64,000 nt of DNA from Bacteroidales bacterium (GCA_028689615.1 JAQVCV010000012.1:10241-74240); one strand, 5' to 3'. Positions 55,583 through 64,000 are shown, counted from the first letter of the stretch. Translations and numbers: made by a program. The notes: a model not told the origin generated them from the letters alone.

Positions 55583-57127
55583 ATGTTACTAAGTTCCAAG
55601 ACGTCGGACCTCAAAAAGAGGATGCGTGAAGCACTTCAGGGTGGTGGCTCCAAAGCCATCGAAAGCCAGAAGTCAAAAGGGAAATTAACAGCGCGGGAGC
55701 GTATTCTTGCCCTGCTTGATCCCAAATCGTTCCATGAATACGATCTCTTTGTGGCACATGCCGGCAAAGATTTCGACATGGACAAGAAATTCCTGCCTGG
55801 TGACGGAGTCATCACGGGCACAGGAACCATCAATGGCTATCCGGTATGCATTTATGCACAGGATTTCACTGTAGCAGGTGGGAGTCTGGGCTATGCCCAT
55901 GCCAAAAAGATCGTTAAGATCATGGAGCATGCCATGAAATTGAAGGTGCCCATCATTGGCATCAACGACTCGGGGGGAGCCCGTATTCAGGAGGGGGTAA
56001 ATGCCCTGGCAGGATACGGCGACATTTTCTTCCGCAACACGATGGCCTCTGGTGTTATTCCACAAATCAGCGTGATATTGGGTCCGTGTGCCGGTGGTGC
56101 TGTTTATTCGCCCGCCCTGACGGACTTTGTATTTGTTGTGGATAAAATTTCGCAAATGTTTATCACCGGGCCCGAGGTAATTAAAACTGTTCTGGGAGAA
56201 GAAATCTCGAAAGAAGACCTGGGTGGTGCTCGTGTTCAGGCCGAAATAACCGGCAACGCCCATTTCTTTGCTGAAAGCGAGGCTCATTGTTTTGAGCAAA
56301 TCAAGCAGTTGGTTAGTTTCATCCCCTGGAACAACGAAAACAAAGCAAAGCCTTTCCCCAAAAAATCGCCGAAAAGGCAATACAAGATCGAGGAGATCAT
56401 TCCTGTTGACCCAGCAGAGCCCTACGATGTGCGCAATGTTGTAAAATCGTTGTGCGACGATAGTGAATTTTTGGAGGTTCAGGAGCGATTTGCCCGCAAC
56501 ATCGTGATTGGATTTGGCAGAATTGGTGGCCAATCTGTTGGTATCGTTGCCAACCAACCCATGGTTTTGGCAGGCGTTCTCGACGTTGACAGCTCCGACA
56601 AGGCAGCCCGATTCATTCGCTATTGCGATTCGTTCAACATTCCTCTGGTTACCTTGGTTGATTTACCCGGTTATCTTCCGGGTGTTGATCAGGAATATGC
56701 CGGCGTGATTCGGCATGGCGCAAAAGTTTTGTATGCATACTCCGAGGCAACCGTGCCAAAAATCACCCTGATTTTACGCAAGGCTTACGGAGGAGGATAC
56801 ATTGCCATGTGCTCACACCACCTTAAAGCCGACTTTGTATTCGCCTGGCCAACAGCCGAAATCGCAGTAATGGGACCGGAGGGTGCGGCAAACATCATTT
56901 TCCGAAAAGAGATTGTAGAAGCTGAAAACCCCGAGGAAATGAGGAAGAAAAAGATTGACGAATACAAGGAGAAATTCGCAAATCCTTACGTTGCTGCAGC
57001 TTATGGTTATGTTGACGCCGTGATTGAACCTGCCGAAACCCGCCATTTTCTGATGCACGCCTTGGAGATTTCACAAAACAAGGCAGAGCAGCGTCCCTGG
57101 AAAAAACATGGAATTCCACCATTTTAA
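55583..57127 (+). CDS. Acyl-CoA carboxylase carboxyltransferase subunit (propionyl-CoA carboxylase beta or methylmalonyl-CoA decarboxylase alpha type)
   Basis: 514 aa. GKLTARERILALLDP.SF.E, INDSGGARIQEGV, and the ...RKAYGGGYIAM... motifs typical of the carboxyltransferase family. Confidence 0.93.
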   Translation: MLLSSKTSDLKKRMREALQGGGSKAIESQKSKGKLTARERILALLDPKSFHEYDLFVAHAGKDFDMDKKFLPGDGVITGTGTINGYPVCIYAQDFTVAGGSLGYAHAKKIVKIMEHAMKLKVPIIGINDSGGARIQEGVNALAGYGDIFFRNTMASGVIPQISVILGPCAGGAVYSPALTDFVFVVDKISQMFITGPEVIKTVLGEEISKEDLGGARVQAEITGNAHFFAESEAHCFEQIKQLVSFIPWNNENKAKPFPKKSPKRQYKIEEIIPVDPAEPYDVRNVVKSLCDDSEFLEVQERFARNIVIGFGRIGGQSVGIVANQPMVLAGVLDVDSSDKAARFIRYCDSFNIPLVTLVDLPGYLPGVDQEYAGVIRHGAKVLYAYSEATVPKITLILRKAYGGGYIAMCSHHLKADFVFAWPTAEIAVMGPEGAANIIFRKEIVEAENPEEMRKKKIDEYKEKFANPYVAAAYGYVDAVIEPAETRHFLMHALEISQNKAEQRPWKKHGIPPF

Positions 57128-57172
57128 TGGTTTTCGCCAACCAACGAATCAAATTTATAATCAAAAAACTGA

Positions 57173-57529
57173 TTGCAGATGGAAAAAGAAAACGCAGAAG
57201 AAACCTCCATGCCTACTATAGAAAATCTGGATATACTGCATGTTGAGATGGGCAGTTATAAAACCATTATCCCCGAGAGGTTTAAAAACCGCAAGGTTAA
57301 AACGCCACCCCAAACGCACATTGTTGCGCAGATTCCAGGCAACATCAAAGAGATTTACGTGAAAGAAGGCCAAAAAATTAAAGCCGACGACAAAATCCTG
57401 ATGCTGGTTGCCATGAAAATGAACAACATCCTTACTTGTCCCTTTTCGGGCGTTGTAAAATCAATTGAGGTTGCTGTAGATCAGGTGGTGCCCAAAGGAC
57501 ACCTGCTCATGGTTGTTGAGCCTGCCTAA
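57173..57529 (+). CDS. Biotin carboxyl carrier (biotinyl/lipoyl-attachment domain) protein
   Basis: 118 aa. Biotinylation motif LVAMKMNN inside a typical hammerhead domain (PGNIKEIYVKEGQKIKADDKILMLVAMKM...G.VKSI.V). Confidence 0.85.
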   Translation: MQMEKENAEETSMPTIENLDILHVEMGSYKTIIPERFKNRKVKTPPQTHIVAQIPGNIKEIYVKEGQKIKADDKILMLVAMKMNNILTCPFSGVVKSIEVAVDQVVPKGHLLMVVEPA

Positions 57530-58139
57530 AACCTTCGGGAGGGACCAGAGAATTGGTTGAAGCCACGAAACCAAGCAATTCTTGACGTCCGTTACCAGTT
57601 TCTGAAGATGTTACAAACATTTGCGGCAATTCGTCCCACGATTGCCGCAAATGCTTTTTATATGCATCGATGTTGCGCTGCAACTCTGTTCTTCCCATTT
57701 TATCCGTCTTGGTGAACGCCAAAACAAAGGGGAGTTCGTTTTCAGCCATAAATTCCATGAAAGAAACATCAATCTGCTGCACCGGAATCCGGGAATCGAT
57801 CAGGATGAAGGTGCACAACAAATTACGACGTAAACGAAGGTACTCAGCGATCATCCCAACCCAATCCTTACGCTTCGACTTTGACGTTCGGGCATAACCA
57901 TATCCGGGTAAGTCAGCCAGATACCACTGGTTATCAATCAAAAAGTGGTTTATTGTTTGTGTTTTCCCGGGAGTTGACGAGGTTTTGGCTAAACCTTTTC
58001 TTTCAACAAGCATGTTGATCAACGAGGATTTCCCAACATTGGATCGCCCTATAAAGGCATATTCAGGCATCACCGCTTCAGGACACTTTGACAGAGCAGT
58101 TACACTTGAGATGAACTCGGCGTTCTTAATTTTCAGCAT
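57507..58139 (-). CDS. engB: Ribosome biogenesis GTP-binding protein EngB (YihA/YsxC)
   Basis: 210 aa. EYAFIGRSNVGKSSLINML (G1), LADLPGYGYA (G3), TKTDK (G4). Confidence 0.93.
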   Translation of the reverse strand: MLKIKNAEFISSVTALSKCPEAVMPEYAFIGRSNVGKSSLINMLVERKGLAKTSSTPGKTQTINHFLIDNQWYLADLPGYGYARTSKSKRKDWVGMIAEYLRLRRNLLCTFILIDSRIPVQQIDVSFMEFMAENELPFVLAFTKTDKMGRTELQRNIDAYKKHLRQSWDELPQMFVTSSETGNGRQELLGFVASTNSLVPPEGFRQAQQP

Positions 58140-59131
58140 TATTTATTGTGATTTCTCCTAACCCGTAATTTCAGTCCCCTGAGATTGATTTTCTTAATAT
58201 AGGAAGCCAGATGCCTCGACTTCTTCTTCTCGTAAACATCGTTGATGGTAATCAGAATACCCGATTCCTCCACCTCCCCGAAGTGTTTGTTGACCGATGC
58301 ACCAAAGAAACGCATAGTAGGCGAAAGGTTCATGTAGGCATTAAACAATGGAGGGATGTTCTCTTTAAACTGCCGGATGGTATGATTTAAAATCCGGTAG
58401 TTCTCTTCATAATTTTTACCGGTAAAGAGGGAAGCCAGATCATCGGGGTTGGTTTGAACAGGTACGGGTTCGAACGGAACAACTAATTTATCAGGATCAG
58501 GGAAATAGCGGTGAAGGAAAAAAAGCAATACGTCCCTGGCCTGAGGATTGTACTGAGCGTACATGGTCATTTTTCCAAAGAAGTAGCGCACAGAGGGGTT
58601 GTCGATTACAATGGCTCCTAAGCCATCCCAGAGGTTGTCAAGCGAGAACATCCCTTTTCGAATGTTGTAGCTTGCCTGGTATTTGGGTTGAACAAAGGAT
58701 CTGCCCAGTTCAATTGTTTGAGACATGTATTCCCTGACAAACTTTTCGGAAAAATGAAACAGGCTGGCTGTTGGCGACTTAAAACGCCCGTTTAAATCGG
58801 TGCCGATATCGTTGCAATGGATAAACCTGTAGCCTCCAATAATTTCCTCATCATCAGGATCCCATACTATAAGCTGTTTAAATGGAACTTTGGCAGTATC
58901 GAATTCATCAATATCCAAATCATTGCCTGTGCCGCCTCCCCCGTCGCGAAACGAGATCTCGCGCAACCGGCCTATCTCACGCATTGTATTAGGAGAATCG
59001 TGATGGGTAACAACAAAAATTTGTCGGTTACCATAATTCGTATTCCGCACAAACCGGGCTTCGGTAAGTTCTGCCGCTATCAGATCGCGATCGACAGGCG
59101 GAATGACATTCATTGCATCTATCTGGCTCAT
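58139..59131 (-). CDS. OlsB/GlsB-like lipid N-acyltransferase (GNAT-fold, hemolysin-like)
   Basis: 330 aa. LREISFRDGGGGTG...DEFD...QLIVWDPDDEEIIGGYRF. It is adjacent to and co-directional with a PlsC-type acyltransferase, as in the Bacteroides glsB-glsA glycine-lipid pair and the olsB-olsA pair. Confidence 0.75.
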   Translation of the reverse strand: MSQIDAMNVIPPVDRDLIAAELTEARFVRNTNYGNRQIFVVTHHDSPNTMREIGRLREISFRDGGGGTGNDLDIDEFDTAKVPFKQLIVWDPDDEEIIGGYRFIHCNDIGTDLNGRFKSPTASLFHFSEKFVREYMSQTIELGRSFVQPKYQASYNIRKGMFSLDNLWDGLGAIVIDNPSVRYFFGKMTMYAQYNPQARDVLLFFLHRYFPDPDKLVVPFEPVPVQTNPDDLASLFTGKNYEENYRILNHTIRQFKENIPPLFNAYMNLSPTMRFFGASVNKHFGEVEESGILITINDVYEKKKSRHLASYIKKINLRGLKLRVRRNHNK

Positions 59132-59140
59132 AAAAAACTT

Positions 59141-59995
59141 TTATTTCAACAGTGTATCAAGAGTAGCATCTGCATCATTGTGCAAACGATAAACCAATTC
59201 TCGCAGAAGAGCCGCCCATTGCTGATCGGTGCGACTGGCAGTAAAACTACTCCATTTTACAGGCTTTCCAAAGGTAATGGTAATTACCTTCCCCTTTTGT
59301 CGGAACATCTCATCGGGAAGGAAAAACATCTCGATGTTGGCTTTGATACCAAGTTTTACCCTAAATCGGGCAAGGTTATAAAAGAAACTACGGTTAGCCC
59401 CATCAATATGCACAGGAACCACATCGCGTTGGTATTGACGGGCTTTTGTTACAAAAGTCTTCTTCCATTCCAAATCCAGAACCTGACCTTCCTGACGACG
59501 CGAACACAAACCTGCCGGGAAATAAAGCAAAGCTTTTGAACCAGAAAAGGTATCGTCAAGCATCTTCGACAAGTTGATGTTCCGACCATGTTTGTTTACA
59601 GGAAGAAATAAAGGTCTGAGATTGGGGATATTCAACAACAGATCATTGACCGGAAAAACAAGATCGGGGCGGTAATCGCCAACAGCTTGCATCAAAGCAA
59701 GTCCGTCGAGCCCACCCAACGGGTGATTAGCCGCGACTACAAACCGTCCCCCTTCAGGCAGATTTTCTTGGCCCACAACCCTTATAGTTACCTGAAAATC
59801 AGAAAGCACAGCCCTTACGAACGGAAGCCCCTCAAGGTGCCTGTGACGCATGATAAAATCGTTAATCTCGTCCTGATGCAGAATGCGTTTAATCAATCGG
59901 AGGAGAAAACGAGGCAGCAACCGCTTCAATCGCGGATTCTTTTCAGCAAGCACCCGATCAATATCTATCATCTGATATTCTGCCGATTCCATCAT
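59141..59995 (-). CDS. OlsA/GlsA-like lyso-lipid O-acyltransferase (PlsC/LPLAT family)
   Basis: 284 aa. The acyltransferase HX4D-type block is AANHPLGGLDG, and a downstream FPAG block is present. Confidence 0.75.
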   Translation of the reverse strand: MMESAEYQMIDIDRVLAEKNPRLKRLLPRFLLRLIKRILHQDEINDFIMRHRHLEGLPFVRAVLSDFQVTIRVVGQENLPEGGRFVVAANHPLGGLDGLALMQAVGDYRPDLVFPVNDLLLNIPNLRPLFLPVNKHGRNINLSKMLDDTFSGSKALLYFPAGLCSRRQEGQVLDLEWKKTFVTKARQYQRDVVPVHIDGANRSFFYNLARFRVKLGIKANIEMFFLPDEMFRQKGKVITITFGKPVKWSSFTASRTDQQWAALLRELVYRLHNDADATLDTLLK

Positions 59996-60051
59996 CTTTC
60001 ATTTCTTTAATCGATTTCACAATGCCTTTGAAGACCATATGGAGAATCGTG

Positions 60052-60059
60052 CAAAGGTA
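60052..60059 (-). promoter_or_regulatory. Bacteroidota -7 promoter box (TAnnTTTG) for the lipid-acyltransferase and engB gene string
   Basis: Plus strand caaaggta equals minus strand TACCTTTG, about 57 nt upstream of the ATG at 59995. Confidence 0.5.
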
Positions 60060-60243
60060 ATGATTATAGCAACCAGAATTCAACAAATTCATAGTCAGTT
60101 CAATCCAAAAAAATTTACCCAAATGGTCAACTCATTTTTTTACTCTCCCACCAGGTATTATTTCAATTTAACAGCGCATTATCAATGAAATAGCACAGCT
60201 AACCAACACCAAAACACCCTTGAAAGGGGAAAAGTTTTTAACA

Positions 60244-60282
60244 AAAGTGGGAGAAAGTGGAGAAATCTGCAACAAAGTGGGA
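60244..60282 (+). promoter_or_regulatory. Putative MraZ operator: three phased AAAGTGG(G/A) direct repeats
   Basis: aaagtggga (60244-52), aaagtggag (60254-62) and aaagtggga (60274-82). The GTGG cores start at 60247, 60257 and 60277, a spacing of 10 and 20 nt. They lie directly upstream of the mraZ -7 box. E. coli MraZ binds phased TGGG-type repeats in its own promoter. Confidence 0.55.
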
Positions 60283-60291
60283 AATCTGTCG

Positions 60292-60299
60292 TATATTTG
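60292..60299 (+). promoter_or_regulatory. Bacteroidota -7 promoter box (TAnnTTTG) for the mraZ/dcw cluster
   Basis: TATATTTG lies 17 nt upstream of the mraZ ATG at 60316. Confidence 0.5.
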
Positions 60300-60315
60300 A
60301 AAAAAATTTGTTTAA

Positions 60316-60783
60316 ATGCTCAATTTCATCGGAGTACATGAATGTAAGGCAGATGACAAAGGCCGGATAATGTTTCCATCGGCATTGCGAAAGCAGATGC
60401 CCGGGATCATGGATCAGGGTTTTGTGGTCAAGCGTAGCGTGTTCGACCGATGTTTGGAGCTGTTCCCCATGTCGGAATGGAACAAAGAGATGGCTCGTAT
60501 CGACAAGCTGAATCGTTTTGTCAAAAAAAACATCGAGTTCATCAGGAAATTCACTGCAGGGGTTAAAACACTGGAGTTAGACGCATCGGGTCGTTTCCTC
60601 ATTCCGAAAGACCTGATGAATTATGCCCAATTGCAGAAAGAAGTTGTGTTGGCAGCTATGGGTACGAGAATTGAAATTTGGGACAAAGAAAAATACGAAG
60701 CTGCGGTTGACGACTCCAATGATGACTTTGGCGCATTAGCCGAAGAGGTAATGGGAGGCATCTTAAGCGAAGAAACCACCTGA
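60316..60783 (+). CDS. mraZ: Transcriptional regulator MraZ
   Basis: 155 aa. MLNFIGVHECKADDKGRIMFPSALRKQM... and a second SpoVT/AbrB-like half, LDASGRFLIPKDL. Confidence 0.95.
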   Translation: MLNFIGVHECKADDKGRIMFPSALRKQMPGIMDQGFVVKRSVFDRCLELFPMSEWNKEMARIDKLNRFVKKNIEFIRKFTAGVKTLELDASGRFLIPKDLMNYAQLQKEVVLAAMGTRIEIWDKEKYEAAVDDSNDDFGALAEEVMGGILSEETT

Positions 60784-60794
60784 TAATAAATCAA

Positions 60795-61697
60795 ATGATA
60801 TACCACCAACCTGTAATGTTAGAAGAGTGCATTGAGGGGCTGGCCATTAGCCCTTCGGGACGGTATGTTGACGCAACCTTTGGAGGTGGTGGTCACAGCC
60901 GCGCTATACTCGACAAGCTTTCAACAGGCCATTTGTTTGGTTTCGATCAGGACGAAGACACCAGGCAAAACGCCTTAAACGACCCCAGATTTACTCTTAT
61001 AGAGCAGAACTTCAGATACATGAAAAACTATCTGAAGCTTTTTAAAGGGACACCAGTCAACGGCATCCTGGCTGATTTGGGTGTATCATCGTACCAAATT
61101 GACGAGCCTTCCAAAGGCTTTTCGACCAGGTTTGACGGCCCCCTCGACATGCGAATGGATCGAAGGAAAGACCTGACTGCCGCCGGGATTGTGAACAGCT
61201 ATGAAGAGGAGAAGCTGGCAATGGTTTTCAAACTTTATGGTGAGCTTCACAACGCCAGACAGATAGCACGTCGCATAACCCAACGACGTCAGGAAACCGA
61301 CTTGCTTACAACCGCTCAGTTGCGCGAAGCTTTAAGAGGGCTCACACGGCCTCAAACCGAGAATAAGTTTCTGGCACAGGTATTTCAGGCCTTACGCATC
61401 GAAGTAAACGACGAGTTGGGAGCCTTGCGCGAGTTTCTTGAGCAGTGCCGCGATATCTTGATACCAGGAGGCAGGTTGGTTGTTATGTCATACCACTCCC
61501 TTGAAGACCGGTTGGTAAAAAACTTTACGCGTACCGGGAATTTTGAAGGAGAACCCCAAAAAGACTTTTTTGGAAATCTGATAAGCCCGTTTACACCAAT
61601 CAACCGCAAGCCATTATCGGCACCAGAGGCAGAACAAACCAACAACCCCCGATCACGCAGCGCGCGCCTCAGGGTGGCAGAAAGGAGGAACGCATGA
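60795..61697 (+). CDS. rsmH: 16S rRNA (cytosine1402-N4)-methyltransferase RsmH
   Basis: 300 aa. HQPVMLEECIEGL...YVDATFGGGGHSRAIL...ADLGVSSYQIDE..KGFS...PLDMRM...SYHSLEDR. Confidence 0.97.
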   Translation: MIYHQPVMLEECIEGLAISPSGRYVDATFGGGGHSRAILDKLSTGHLFGFDQDEDTRQNALNDPRFTLIEQNFRYMKNYLKLFKGTPVNGILADLGVSSYQIDEPSKGFSTRFDGPLDMRMDRRKDLTAAGIVNSYEEEKLAMVFKLYGELHNARQIARRITQRRQETDLLTTAQLREALRGLTRPQTENKFLAQVFQALRIEVNDELGALREFLEQCRDILIPGGRLVVMSYHSLEDRLVKNFTRTGNFEGEPQKDFFGNLISPFTPINRKPLSAPEAEQTNNPRSRSARLRVAERRNA

Positions 61698-62107
61698 CTG
61701 GTTTTAACACCCGAAAAGCGACCCCCGAACCTCCGCGTGCAGACAACAGATCGCAAGGAAAAACCACTACCAGGAAGCCGGGAGCTTTCAAAAGTGTGGC
61801 AACAGGAAAATTTCTTACCACCGAATCGGCTTTGAAAACGATCCCCTTTATCCTGTTTCTGGCAGGGCTGGGGATGATTTACATAGCTAATAATTTCTAC
61901 ACCGAACGAACCATCAGGGCCACCAACCGAATGAAAAAAGAGCTCAAAGAACTCCGCTTCGAGTACATCGCCTCCAAATCGCAATACAGCGACTCTACCA
62001 AACAATCGAAGGTTGCACGCAAACTGGCAGAGATGGGTATTAAAGAAGCAGTGGCACCACCCGAGAAAATCTTTGTAAAAGAAAGCGAACTACAATATCC
62101 ACGATAA
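61694..62107 (+). CDS. ftsL: FtsL-like cell division protein (single TM)
   Basis: 137 aa. Basic N-terminus, one TM segment (IPFILFLAGLGMIYIANNFY), then a coiled-coil-like stretch. It sits in the canonical slot between rsmH and ftsI and overlaps rsmH by 4 nt. Confidence 0.75.
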   Translation: MTGFNTRKATPEPPRADNRSQGKTTTRKPGAFKSVATGKFLTTESALKTIPFILFLAGLGMIYIANNFYTERTIRATNRMKKELKELRFEYIASKSQYSDSTKQSKVARKLAEMGIKEAVAPPEKIFVKESELQYPR

Positions 62108-62147
62108 AACCTGATAATTGAACGAAGATCAGAAAATAGATGAGCTG

Positions 62148-64000
62148 ATGGCAACCGACCCCAGAGCTGTTTTTATCAAGCGCATTTGGGTTGCTTACCT
62201 GCTGGCGGTGCTGGCAGGAATTACCGTTTTTATCAGAATCGTTCATATTCAGTCGGTACAAGGAGAGGCTCTGCGCGAGAAAGCAGAAAAAACCACGATA
62301 AAATATGGTGCAATCGAGCCGGTGAGAGGAAATATACTTGCCGATGACGGCACTTTGCTTGCCACTTCGGTGCCCATCTACGACTTCAGAATGGATGTTG
62401 CCTCGCCCAACATCCCCGATTCAGTGTTTTATACCAAAATCGACTCCCTTTCAACCGGGCTAAACAAGCTGTTCCGCGACAAATCAGTCCAGGAATATGA
62501 GCGCTGGCTAAGAGCCGAACGAAAAAAGGGCAACCGGTATCTGCTTATTCGCAGGAATGTTGATTACAACACCGTAGCCAACATTAAAAAACTTCCCATT
62601 CTTCGGGATGGGCAAAACAAAGGAGGACTTATACTGGTACAGAAAAGTACCCGGAAAATGCCCTACGGCATTTTGGCACGACGCACCATTGGCTACGAGA
62701 TCAAAGAAGAGAACCTGTTTGTAGGGCTTGAGGGAGCATACAGGAATGAATTACAGGGAATAACAGGAAGAATGTGGATGCAGAGAATTTCGGGTGGAGA
62801 ATGGATTCCTTTAAACGATAACGATCGGATTGATCCGAAAAACGGGAAAGATGTAGTAAGCACCATCGATATTCATTTGCAGGATGTAGCCGAAAGTGCC
62901 CTGATGAATCACCTTGCCTCGCATCAGGCCGAACAGGGATGCGTGATTGTGATGGAGGTAAAAACCGGGGCCATCAAAGCCATTGCCAACCTGCAACGCC
63001 GCCCCGACGGGAGTTACGACGAACGTTACAACTACGCCATAGCAGAGAGCATCGAGCCAGGGTCAACTTTTAAACTGGCCTCGACCATGGCTGCATTGGA
63101 AGATCAAAAGATCGACATTACTGATACCCTTGAGGTGGGAAAAGGATCGTTCAACTTTTTTGGGAAAGACATGACCGATGTTCATGCAATGCCCCGCGAA
63201 AAGCTGTCGGTACGCGAAGCTTTTGCGCACAGTTCAAATGTGGGTATCAGCCGCATGATTTACAACGCCTACAAATCGAAACCACAACAATTCATCGACC
63301 GGCTCTACGCCTTTGGGCTTAACACCTCCTTGGGCATTGAGATACAAGGCGAAGGAACACCCGCAATTAAAAACACCGATCATCAAAAATGGTCAAAGCT
63401 GTCGCTACCGTGGATGTCGATTGGCTACGAACTTATAATCACACCGTTACAAACACTCACCTTTTATAATGCTGTGGCTAACAATGGCAAAATGATGAAA
63501 CCCATGTTTGTAACGGAAATAAGGGAGCCAGGCAAGACAACACAAACAATTGAACCCGTGGTTATCAACAAGAAGATAGCTTCTGATGCCACCTTGAAGA
63601 AAGCACGTCAACTTCTTGAAGCCGTTGTCAAAGAAGGGACTGCGCGGCAACCCTTTGCTAACAGCGCCTATACCGTTGCAGGAAAAACCGGAACTGCCCA
63701 GATTGCAAAAGGCGGGCGTTACAACAAGAAGAATTACAATGCGAGCTTTGTGGGCTATTTCCCGGCCGACGAACCAGCTTATTCGTGCATCGTTGTGGTA
63801 AACAATCCGGCTGGAGGTCTGATTTATGGATCATCAGTTGCAGCACCGGTTTTCAGAGAGATTGCCGATAAAATATACGCCACCAACCTTAGCCTCCGAA
63901 ATCACAACGAGGAAGAAACCGACACCTTATCGCAACAGGAGGAAGAGCAACTGGTGACTGTGCCCTATATGCGCAGCGCCCGTTTTGATGATGTGGAGGT
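62148..64000 (+). CDS. ftsI: Penicillin-binding protein 3-type transpeptidase (FtsI). Partial; the 3' end lies beyond the right window edge
   Basis: Hand translation from ATG at 62148 (alternative TTG at 62118) stays open to the window end. TM segment WVAYLLAVLAGITVFI, PBP dimerisation region RGNILADDGTLLATSVP, and transpeptidase motifs STFK, SSN and KTGTAQ are all present. Confidence 0.93.
   Translation, partial: MATDPRAVFIKRIWVAYLLAVLAGITVFIRIVHIQSVQGEALREKAEKTTIKYGAIEPVRGNILADDGTLLATSVPIYDFRMDVASPNIPDSVFYTKIDSLSTGLNKLFRDKSVQEYERWLRAERKKGNRYLLIRRNVDYNTVANIKKLPILRDGQNKGGLILVQKSTRKMPYGILARRTIGYEIKEENLFVGLEGAYRNELQGITGRMWMQRISGGEWIPLNDNDRIDPKNGKDVVSTIDIHLQDVAESALMNHLASHQAEQGCVIVMEVKTGAIKAIANLQRRPDGSYDERYNYAIAESIEPGSTFKLASTMAALEDQKIDITDTLEVGKGSFNFFGKDMTDVHAMPREKLSVREAFAHSSNVGISRMIYNAYKSKPQQFIDRLYAFGLNTSLGIEIQGEGTPAIKNTDHQKWSKLSLPWMSIGYELIITPLQTLTFYNAVANNGKMMKPMFVTEIREPGKTTQTIEPVVINKKIASDATLKKARQLLEAVVKEGTARQPFANSAYTVAGKTGTAQIAKGGRYNKKNYNASFVGYFPADEPAYSCIVVVNNPAGGLIYGSSVAAPVFREIADKIYATNLSLRNHNEEETDTLSQQEEEQLVTVPYMRSARFDDVE

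Noticed and set aside
55685-56557. 290-aa minus-strand ORF
   Set aside because: It is entirely antisense to the strongly conserved acyl-CoA carboxyltransferase gene and has no recognisable domain. This is a typical long antisense shadow ORF.
58817-59539. 240-aa plus-strand ORF spanning the junction of the two lipid acyltransferase genes
   Set aside because: It is antisense to two well-supported genes, its translation has no motifs, and it crosses an intergenic gap of the real genes.
61385-62005. 206-aa minus-strand ORF
   Set aside because: It is antisense to rsmH and ftsL in the conserved dcw cluster, and its translation is an Arg/Gly/Ser-rich shadow sequence.

Overview
This 64-kb window looks like a Bacteroidota chromosome. 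The evidence is T9SS C-terminal sorting domains, TAnnTTTG -7 promoter boxes, no obvious Shine-Dalgarno sites, and an S10-spc-alpha cluster without tuf or adk. It falls into three parts.

(1) 1-9605: a head-to-tail minus-strand array of five diverged paralogs. The first runs off the left edge and is missing from the ORF track. Each encodes a protein of about 640 aa with a signal peptide, Asp-box (BNR-like) motifs and a T9SS sorting tail. A roughly 1-kb noncoding gap follows, ending in a decayed alpha/beta-hydrolase remnant.

(2) 10647-31254: core genes on the minus strand. These are a GNAT-like protein, eno, and the complete rpsL-rpsG-fusA-S10-spc-alpha ribosomal cluster. The cluster includes rpmJ, which the ORF track misses.

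(3) 31687-64000: mostly housekeeping genes.
- Envelope, secretion and transport: a GT4 glycosyltransferase, a CcmF/CcsA-family cytochrome c biogenesis gene, a 1698-aa T9SS surface protein with 14 tandem two-Cys repeats, rfbC, a lytic transglycosylase, an acyltransferase-3 and a MATE pump.
- Metabolism and repair: uvrA, a TGS-uridine-kinase fusion, a tandem-retropepsin protein, a LutA-like protein, aroA, aroB, a thioredoxin and an acyl-CoA carboxyltransferase with its biotin carrier.
- Lipid synthesis and cell division: engB, an OlsB/GlsB-like plus OlsA/GlsA-like lipid pair, and mraZ-rsmH-ftsL-ftsI (ftsI is partial).

I found no transposase, integrase, CRISPR array, tRNA, rRNA or recognisable defence or toxin island, and no convincing novel multi-gene system.

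The best leads are:
- the five-gene paralog array, whose function is unknown;
- a helix-rich noncoding element of about 230 nt upstream of rpsL;
- a single in-frame TGA exactly at the conserved Trp codon of the CcmF-like gene;
- the architecture of the giant repeat protein.

All calls come from reading the sequence and translations by eye. No database searches were run.
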